A DNA stretch of 19,273 nucleotides from a virus. Location of the stretch: the UHGV virus genome UHGV-0105037, one strand, 5' to 3'. Shown piece by piece: positions 8,464-14,876 of the stretch (within the stretch, counting starts at the first letter, position 1; each line of letters starts with the position of its first letter). The notes under the pieces were generated by a model, which was not told where the DNA came from, did not search any database, and saw only the letters and a program-made list of their open reading frames with translations. The position numbers were made by a program, and so were the translations under genes.

Positions 8464-8619
8464 AACGGATCACATTTTCAAACCGATGGATGCAGAATTT
8501 AACATTGCTGCATGAGTTTGCATCTTGAAATCATAAGCTGTACTGCTTAGCTTGACCAGAATTGATGTGGGTAAGAAGTGGTTATGCACCCGCATTAAAA
8601 CCGCCCCATTAAGCGGGCG

Positions 8620-8638
8620 GGCGAGGCGGGGAAAGCAC
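8620..8638. other. cos: cos cohesive-end site (P2-type 19-nt GGCGAGGCGGGGAAAGCAC)
   Basis: Exact 19-mer ggcgaggcggggaaagcac read at 8620-8638. This is the P2 cohesive-end sequence as I recall it. It sits where expected, between the end of the early/cargo region and Q, and is preceded by the palindrome ccgccc-atta-agcgggcgg. Confidence 0.6.
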
Positions 8639-8780
8639 TGCGCGCTGGCGGTGGTGCTGATTTTATTTTTTCAGCGTCTGAGCGCGTCGTGATGGCGTTT
8701 AGATTGTTCGCCGGGGCGTTGGTGTGTCTGCGGGCTGTTTTGTGCGGTGGTGAGCGTGTGAGGGCGTGATGGCGGGGTGT

Positions 8781-8802
8781 AAAAAAGCCGCCCACAGGCG
8801 GC
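8781..8802 (-). terminator. Rho-independent terminator downstream of Q (minus strand)
   Basis: GC hairpin gccgcc-caca-ggcggc (8787-8802), followed on the minus strand by a T-run (plus-strand aaaaaa at 8781-8786), immediately 3' of the Q stop (8808-8810). Confidence 0.6.
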
Positions 8803-8807
8803 GATGT

Positions 8808-9842
8808 TCAGCCGTTGTCAGTGTCCAGTGAGTAGTTTTTAAAGCGGATGACCTCCTGACCGAGCCAGCCGTTTATCTCGCGGATCCTGTCCTGTAACGG
8901 GATAAGCTCATTGCGGACAAAGACCTTTGCCACTTTCTCTATATCACCCAGCGACCCGACGTTCTCCGGCTTGCCACCCATCAACTGAAAGGGGATGCGG
9001 TGCGCGTCCAGCAGGTCAGCGGCGCTGGCTTTTTTGATATTAAAAAAATCGTCCTTCGTCGCCACTTCACTGAGGGGGATAATTTTAATGCCGTCGGCTT
9101 TCCCCTGTGGGGCATAGAGAAACAGATTTTTAAAGTTATTGCGGCCTTTCGACTTAACCATGTTTTCGCGTAGCATTTCGATATCGTTGCGATCCTGCAC
9201 GGCATCAGTGACGTACATGATGTATCCGGCATGTGCGCCATTTTCGTAATACTTGCGGCGGAACAGCGTGGCCGACTCATTCAGCCAGGCAGAATTAAGG
9301 GCGCTGAGATATTCCGGCAGACCGTACAGCTCCTGATTAATATCCGGCTCCAGCAGGTGAAACACGGAGCCGGGCGCGAAGGCTGTCGGCTCGTTGAAGG
9401 ACGGCACCCACCAGTAAACATCCTCTTCCACACCACGGCGGGTATATTTTGCCGGTGAGGTTTCCAGTCTGATGACCTTACCGGTGGTACTGTAACGCTT
9501 TTCCAGAAACGCATTACCGAACACCAGAAAATCCAGCACAAAGCGGCTGAAATCCTGCTGGGAAAGCCACGGGTGCGGGATAAACGTTGAGGCCAGAATA
9601 TTACGTTTGACGTAAATCGGTGAGCTGTGATGCACGGCAGCACGCAGGCTTTTTGCCAGACCGGTAAAGCTGACCGGTGGCTCATACCATCTGCCGTTAC
9701 TGATGCACTCGACGTAATCCAGAATATCACGGCGGTCGAGTACCGGCACCGGCTCACCAAAGGTGAATGCCTCCATTTTCGGGGCGCTGGCAGTCATTGT
9801 TTTCACCGCTGGCTGCGGTGTTTTCCCTTTTTTCTTACTCAT
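8808..9842 (-). CDS. Q: Portal (capsid vertex) protein Q (344 aa)
   Basis: 344-aa ORF next to cos on the minus strand; its start codon overlaps the P stop. Size, position and sequence match P2 Q as recalled. Confidence 0.88.
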   Translation of the reverse strand: MSKKKGKTPQPAVKTMTASAPKMEAFTFGEPVPVLDRRDILDYVECISNGRWYEPPVSFTGLAKSLRAAVHHSSPIYVKRNILASTFIPHPWLSQQDFSRFVLDFLVFGNAFLEKRYSTTGKVIRLETSPAKYTRRGVEEDVYWWVPSFNEPTAFAPGSVFHLLEPDINQELYGLPEYLSALNSAWLNESATLFRRKYYENGAHAGYIMYVTDAVQDRNDIEMLRENMVKSKGRNNFKNLFLYAPQGKADGIKIIPLSEVATKDDFFNIKKASAADLLDAHRIPFQLMGGKPENVGSLGDIEKVAKVFVRNELIPLQDRIREINGWLGQEVIRFKNYSLDTDNG

Positions 9843-11614
9843 CAGTAAAACTCCAGAATGGTGGATGTCAGCGGAGTGCTGATACCGGCGGTGAGTGGCT
9901 CATTTAACAGGGCGTGCATGGTCGCCCAGGCGAGGTCGGCGTGGCTGGCTTCCTCGCTGCGGCTGGCCTCATAGGTGGCGCTGCGTCCGCTGCTGGTCAT
10001 GGTCTTGCGGATAGCCATGAACGAGCTGGTGATGTCGGTGGCGCTGACGTCATATTCCAGACAGCTACGGCGGATAACGTCTTTTGCCTTGAGCACCATT
10101 GCAGTTTTCATTTCCGGCGTGTAGCGGATATCGCGCGCGGCGGGATAGAACGAGCGCACGAGCTGGAACACGCCGACACCGAGGCCGGTGGCATCAATAC
10201 CGATGTATTCGACGTTATATTTTTCGGTGAGTTTGCGGATGGATTCAGCCTGGGTGGCAAAGTCCATGCCTTTCCACTGGTGACGCTCAAGTATTCTGAA
10301 TTTGCCACCGGCCACCACCGGCGGTGCCAGCACCACGCATCCGGCGCTGTCGCCACGGTGTGACGGGTCGTAACCAATCCATACCGGACGTGAGCCGAAC
10401 GGATTGGCGGCAAACGGAGCATAGTCTTCCCATTCTTCCAGCGTGTCGACCATGCAGCGTTGCAGCTCCTCGAACGGGAACACCGACGCCTTGTCGTCAA
10501 CAAATTCACACATGAACAGGTTTTTAAAATCGTCGGCGCTGTTTTCACGTTTGAGCTGCTCAATGTCGAACAGCGTGCAGCCGCCTTTCAGGGCGTCCTC
10601 AATGGTGACAATCTGCCGCCACTGGCCGTCCGCACAGAGAAGCCCACCGGCAAGGGCGTTATGACTGACGTCGATTTCCACGCGCTCGGCGGCGCTGGCG
10701 CGTCCCCGGTTAAACAGTTCACCCGACCAGAACGGGTAGGCGTCGTGCGCCAGTGTGGACGGGGTGGAGAAATAGGTCGAGCGCAGGTGACTCTGTGAGG
10801 CCATACCTGATGCCACCTTACGCAGTACCTGAAAATTCGGGATCCAGAAAATCTCGTCGACGTACAGGTCGCCGTTATGGCTCTGCGCGGTGTTGGAGTT
10901 GGTGCCGAGAAAAATCAGTTTTGCGCCGTTATTGCCCAGGACAATCGGGTCACCGGTCAGGTCAACGTCAACCAGCCGGGCAAAGGCGATGATGTATTCG
11001 CGGAACACATACGCCTGCGTTTTACTGGCCGACAGAAAAATCTGGTTATGACCGGTTTTCAGGGCGCGCAGCAGCGCCTCGCGGGAAAAATAAAACGTCG
11101 CGCCAATCTGGCGGGATTTCAGGATATCGCGGATGCGGTGCTCAAGCCCGGCGCGATACCAGTGCAACTGATATTCGAAAGACTGCTCAAAGAAAATCTG
11201 CTCCAGCTTTTCGATGGCCTCGTCACTGAAAAAATTCTTTTTCGGTTTGCGCCGCCCGCCTTTGTTGCGGTTAGCGACGTTCGGATTAAGGTCTGCCTCG
11301 TTGCCGGTCTGACTGTAACGGTTTACCCGTGCCAGTCGTTCAATCTGGCGTCCGAGCAGGTCAATTTCCTTGAAGTCACCGCCAGTTTTCTGCGGTTTGA
11401 TGATGAGCTGGGTCAGCCGCGCTTCCAGACTCATTTCGACACGGCTGATGGGGGCAACGCTGTCCCAGCCGTCGCGCTGTTTCCAGCTCTGCACCGTCGG
11501 GCGTTTCATCTGCAACATGGCGGCAATCTGCGGCACGGAAAACCCCTGCCAGTACAGCAGCGCCGCCTGACGACGCGGGTCGTGTAAAAGAGTGGTGTCT
11601 GTGGTGATGGTCAT
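9842..11614 (-). CDS. P: Terminase large subunit (ATPase/nuclease) P (590 aa from ATG at 11614)
   Basis: The ORF extends to 11644, but the internal ATG at 11614 (MTITTDTTLL...) has GAGGT 4-5 nt upstream and gives the 590-aa P2 P length. Large ORF adjacent to and co-transcribed with the portal gene. Confidence 0.9.
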   Translation of the reverse strand: MTITTDTTLLHDPRRQAALLYWQGFSVPQIAAMLQMKRPTVQSWKQRDGWDSVAPISRVEMSLEARLTQLIIKPQKTGGDFKEIDLLGRQIERLARVNRYSQTGNEADLNPNVANRNKGGRRKPKKNFFSDEAIEKLEQIFFEQSFEYQLHWYRAGLEHRIRDILKSRQIGATFYFSREALLRALKTGHNQIFLSASKTQAYVFREYIIAFARLVDVDLTGDPIVLGNNGAKLIFLGTNSNTAQSHNGDLYVDEIFWIPNFQVLRKVASGMASQSHLRSTYFSTPSTLAHDAYPFWSGELFNRGRASAAERVEIDVSHNALAGGLLCADGQWRQIVTIEDALKGGCTLFDIEQLKRENSADDFKNLFMCEFVDDKASVFPFEELQRCMVDTLEEWEDYAPFAANPFGSRPVWIGYDPSHRGDSAGCVVLAPPVVAGGKFRILERHQWKGMDFATQAESIRKLTEKYNVEYIGIDATGLGVGVFQLVRSFYPAARDIRYTPEMKTAMVLKAKDVIRRSCLEYDVSATDITSSFMAIRKTMTSSGRSATYEASRSEEASHADLAWATMHALLNEPLTAGISTPLTSTILEFY

Positions 11615-11787
11615 GAATACCTCGCCGTGATGAATACACGGCAAGGCTACTGAGTCGCGCCCCGCGATTCGCTAAGGTGCTGTTGTGTCAGTGATAAGCC
11701 ATCCGGGACTGATGGCGGAGGATGCGCATCGTCGGGAAACTGATGCCGACATGTGACTCCTCTAATCACTATTCAGGACTCCTGACA
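11615..11787. promoter_or_regulatory. Divergent late-promoter region between P and O (expected Ogr-dependent promoters)
   Basis: 173-bp intergenic region between divergent late operons. Contains the inverted repeat ccatc-N7-gatgg (11699-11715) and TGT-rich sequence (tgttgtgtca, 11681-11690). I could not place an exact TGT-N12-ACA activator site. Confidence 0.35.
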
Positions 11788-12642
11788 ATGGCAAAAAAAG
11801 TCTCAAAATTCTTTCGTATCGGCGTTGAGGGTGACACCTGTGACGGGCGTGTCATCAGTGCGCAGGATATTCAGGAAATGGCCGAAACCTTTGACCCGCG
11901 AGTCTATGGTTGCCGCATTAACCTGGAACATCTGCGCGGCATCCTGCCTGACGGTATTTTTAAGCGTTATGGCGATGTGGCCGAACTGAAGGCCGAAAAG
12001 ATTGACGATGATTCGGCGCTGAAAGGCAAATGGGCGCTGTTTGCGAAAATCACCCCGACCGATGACCTTATCGCGATGAACAAGGCCGCGCAGAAGGTCT
12101 ACACCTCAATGGAAATTCAGCCGAACTTTGCCAACACCGGCAAATGTTATCTGGTGGGTCTGGCCGTCACCGATGACCCGGCAAGCCTCGGCACGGAATA
12201 CCTGGAATTCTGCCGCACGGCAAAACACAACCCCCTGAACCGCTTCAAATTAAGCCCTGAAAACCTGATTTCAGTGGCAACGCCTGTTGAGCTGGAATTT
12301 GAAGACCTGCCTGAAACCGTGTTCACCGCCCTGACCGAAAAGGTGAAATCCATTTTTGGCCGCAAACAGGCCAGCGATGACGCCCGTCTGAATGACGTGC
12401 ATGAAGCGGTGACCGCTGTTGCTGAACATGTGCAGGAAAAACTGAGCGCCACTGAGCAGCGCCTCGCTGAGATGGAAACCGCCTTTTCCGCACTTAAGCA
12501 GGAGGTGACTGACAGGGCGGATGAAACCAGTCAGGCATTCACCCGCCTGAAAAACAGTCTCGACCACACCGAAAGTCTGACCCAGCAGCGCCGCAGTAAA
12601 GCCACCGGCGGTGGCGGTGACGCCCTGATGACGAACTGCTAA
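11788..12642 (+). CDS. O: Capsid scaffolding protein O (284 aa)
   Basis: ORF from the ATG at 11788 (MAKKVSKFFRIGVEGD...). The C-terminal half is helix-rich (LSATEQRLAEMETAFSALKQEV), typical of scaffolds. Divergent from P as in P2. Confidence 0.85.
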   Translation: MAKKVSKFFRIGVEGDTCDGRVISAQDIQEMAETFDPRVYGCRINLEHLRGILPDGIFKRYGDVAELKAEKIDDDSALKGKWALFAKITPTDDLIAMNKAAQKVYTSMEIQPNFANTGKCYLVGLAVTDDPASLGTEYLEFCRTAKHNPLNRFKLSPENLISVATPVELEFEDLPETVFTALTEKVKSIFGRKQASDDARLNDVHEAVTAVAEHVQEKLSATEQRLAEMETAFSALKQEVTDRADETSQAFTRLKNSLDHTESLTQQRRSKATGGGGDALMTNC

Positions 12643-12700
12643 CCGGCGTCAGTCAGTCCGGGAAAACCTTCACGATTAACCCTTAATTTCAGGAAAAACT

Positions 12701-12871
12701 ATGCGCCAGGAAACCCGCTTTAAATTTAATGCCTACCTGTCCCGTGTTGCCGAACTGAACGGCATCGACGCCGGTGATGTGTCGAAAAAATTCACCGTTG
12801 AACCGTCGGTCACCCAGACCCTGATACGGAATTGCAGCGTAACGCGCTGGAGTGCGCAGGATGTGAGCTGA
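12701..12871 (+). pseudogene. N: Truncated major capsid gene N: first 41 or so codons, then out-of-frame fusion
   Basis: ATG at 12701 with RBS (aggaaaaact). Translation MRQETRFKFNAYLSRVAELNGIDAGDVSKKFTVEPSVTQTL matches the P2 N N-terminus, then switches to unrelated residues (IRNCSVTRWSAQDVS) and stops at 12869-12871. A full capsid protein would be about 357 aa. Confidence 0.7.
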
Positions 12872-13377
12872 TTTTTGAGGATAAAATCAGCGGCACGAAG
12901 TCCGACCGACCGGGACTGAAAAAACTGCTCAGGACATTATCGGAGGGGGATACACTGGTGGTCTGGAAGCTGGACCGGCTGGGGCGTAGTATGCGGCATC
13001 TGGTCATTCTGGTTGAGGAACTGCGCGAACGCGGCGTTAATTTTCGCAGCCTGACGGATGCTATTGATACCAGCACACCGATGGGGCGTTTTTTCTTTCA
13101 TGTGATGGGTGCCCTGGCTGAAATGGAGCGAGAACTCATTGTCGAGCGGACACGCGCCGGACTGGAAGCGGCCAGAGCCAAAGGTCGTATTGGTGGCAGA
13201 CGACCGAAACTCACCGCGAGTGAGTGGGAGCAGGCCGGGCGTTTGCTGGCTGCAGGGGAGTCACGTCAACGCGTGGCACTGATTTTTGATATTGGCCTGT
13301 CCACGCTCTATAAAAAATTTCCCTCATCAGCGACAAAGAATAAATTGTGTCATCCCTTAGCCAACCGGGACAAATAG
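12832..13377 (+). pseudogene. 5'-truncated serine DNA invertase (Hin/Gin/Pin/Cin family) lacking the catalytic N-terminus
   Basis: Translation (LQRNALECAGCELIFEDKISGTKSDRPGLKKLL ... MGRFFFHVMGALAEMERELIVERT ... GGRRPKL ... STLYKKF) is a typical resolvase/invertase from about residue 20 onward. There is an in-frame stop at 12799-12801 and no ATG near the homology boundary, so the first ~20 residues, including the catalytic serine, are missing. Confidence 0.78.
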
Positions 13378-13436
13378 CCTGACATCTCCGGCACAACTGA
13401 AAATACCACTCACCCATTAACCACGGAGTTAAACGG

Positions 13437-14003
13437 ATGAGTGACTATCATCACGGCGTGCAGGTGCTGGAGATTAACGACGGCACCCGCGTCATTTCCA
13501 CCGTATCCACTGCCATTGTCGGCATGGTCTGCACGGCCAGCGATGCGGATGCGGAAACCTTCCCCCTCAATAAACCGGTGCTGATTACCAATGTGCAGAG
13601 TGCAATTGCAAAGGCCGGTAAAAAAGGCACGCTGGCGGCATCGTTGCAGGCCATCGCCGACCAGTCAAAACCGGTCACCGTTGTCGTACGTGTGGAAGAC
13701 GGCACCGGCGACGACGAGGAAACGAAACTCGCGCAGACCGTTTCCAATATCATCGGCACCACCGACGAAAACGGTCAGTACACCGGACTGAAAGCCCTGC
13801 TGGCGGCGGAGTCGGTAACCGGTGTTAAACCGCGTATTCTCGGCGTGCCGGGACTGGATACCAAAGAGGTGGCTGTTGCACTGGCATCAGTCTGTCAGAA
13901 GCTGCGTGCTTTCGGATATATCAGCGCATGGGGCTGTAAGACCATTTCCGAGGTGAAAGCCTACCGCCAGAATTTCAGCCAGCGTGAGCTGATGGTCATC
14001 TGA
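13437..14003 (+). pseudogene. FI: Truncated tail sheath gene FI (188 codons of about 396)
   Basis: Good RBS (acggag) and start ([25 protein letters not shown]...) matching the P2 sheath N-terminus. The ORF stops abruptly at ...QRELMVI, and the downstream sequence continues as FII in another frame. Confidence 0.72.
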
Positions 14004-14392
14004 ACGGCAGCGCACCGGTAGACCTCGGCCTTGATGACGATGCGCTGTCAATGGAGTGGTCGCTCGGTGGTTTCCCGGATTCGGTTATCTGGGAGCTTTA
14101 CGCCGCAACCGGTGTGGATGCTGTGCCGATTCGTTTTGCAGGCTCTTACCAGCGTGACGATACCGGCGAAACGGTGGCCGTTGAAGTGGTCATGCGTGGA
14201 CGTCAGAAAGAAATCGACACCGGCGAGGGTAAACAGGGAGAAGACACCGAGTCGAAAATCTCCGTGGTCTGCACCTATTTCCGGCTGACGATAGACGGTA
14301 AGGAGCTGGTCGAAATCGACACCATCAACATGATTGAGAAGGTGAACGGCGTCGACCGGCTGGAGCAACACCGCCGCAATATCGGCCTGTGA
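14004..14392 (+). pseudogene. FII: 5'-truncated tail tube gene FII (C-terminal ~130 codons, no start or RBS)
   Basis: In the mod-2 frame the sequence right after the FI stop reads NGSAPVDLGLDDDALSMEWSLGGFPDSVIWELY ... EQHRRNIGL, which I recognise as the middle and C-terminus of the P2 tail tube protein. The only ATG (14051) has no RBS. Confidence 0.68.
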
Positions 14393-14399
14393 TTTTCAT

Positions 14400-14420
14400 C
14401 CGGTCAGCCTGGCTGACCGG
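14400..14420. repeat. Perfect 10-bp inverted repeat (ccggtcagcc-t-ggctgaccgg) between the FII remnant and E
   Basis: Read directly at 14400-14420. No U-run follows, so it is not a classical terminator; it may be an RNA stem-loop or a protein-binding palindrome. Confidence 0.5.
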
Positions 14421-14448
14421 TTAACCCCGATTCAGAAGTGAGAAAACC

Positions 14449-14724
14449 ATGAACAAAGAAAACGTCATTACCCTGGACAATCCGGTCAAACGTGGTGAGC
14501 AGGTTATCGAACAGGTCACGCTGATGAAACCCAATGCCGGGACGCTGCGCGGTGTCAGTCTGGCTGCAGTCGCGAACTCCGAAGTCGATGCACTGATTAA
14601 AGTGCTGCCGCGCATGACGGCACCGATGCTGACCGAGCAGGAAGTCGCCGCGCTGGAACTGCCTGACCTTGTGGCGCTGGCCGGTAAGGTGGTCGGTTTT
14701 TTGTCGCCGAACTCGGTGCAGTGA
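14449..14724 (+). CDS. E: Tail assembly chaperone E (91 aa)
   Basis: ORF with RBS (gtgagaaaacc ATG). Matches P2 gpE in size and position immediately upstream of the tape measure gene. Confidence 0.85.
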   Translation: MNKENVITLDNPVKRGEQVIEQVTLMKPNAGTLRGVSLAAVANSEVDALIKVLPRMTAPMLTEQEVAALELPDLVALAGKVVGFLSPNSVQ

Positions 14725-14876
14725 CGTTTCCGAAAAATCTCTCGGTCGATGACCTGATGGCGGATGTGGCAGTGATATTTCACTGGCCGCCATCAGAACT
14801 GTATCCCATGAGCCTGACCGAACTCATCACATGGCGCGAAAAGGCGCTCCGGCGAAGCGGAAACACGAATGAGTAA
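14449..14876 (+). CDS. E': E+E' frameshift fusion product (programmed -1 frameshift at the TTTTTTG slippery heptamer, 14697-14703)
   Basis: Slippery heptamer T TTT TTG sits in the E frame near its 3' end. The -1 frame is open from 14703 to a TAA at 14874-14876, overlapping the T start. This is the conserved chaperone frameshift, analogous to lambda G/GT. Confidence 0.6.

Noticed and set aside
8595-8795. 66-aa minus-strand ORF spanning the cos region
   Set aside because: Covers the cos site and flanking GC-rich non-coding DNA; Pro/Ala/Arg-rich translation; no RBS. The region is better explained as cos plus the Q terminator.
9231-9848. Nested ORFs in both orientations within the portal gene Q (75, 159, 99, 73 aa)
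   Set aside because: Alternative-frame and antisense ORFs inside a conserved structural gene.
9914-11587. Several plus-strand ORFs (149, 63, 73, 112, 79, 236 and 66 aa) overlapping the terminase gene P
   Set aside because: They lie antisense to and entirely within a well-supported conserved gene, in GC-rich DNA where long spurious ORFs are expected. No RBS or recognisable domains.
12147-12567. Minus-strand ORFs (101, 98 aa) inside the scaffold gene O
   Set aside because: Antisense to a well-supported gene; no signals.
14404-14793. Minus-strand ORFs (129, 120 aa) antisense to E/E'
   Set aside because: They overlap the conserved E/E' frameshift module on the opposite strand; no RBS.
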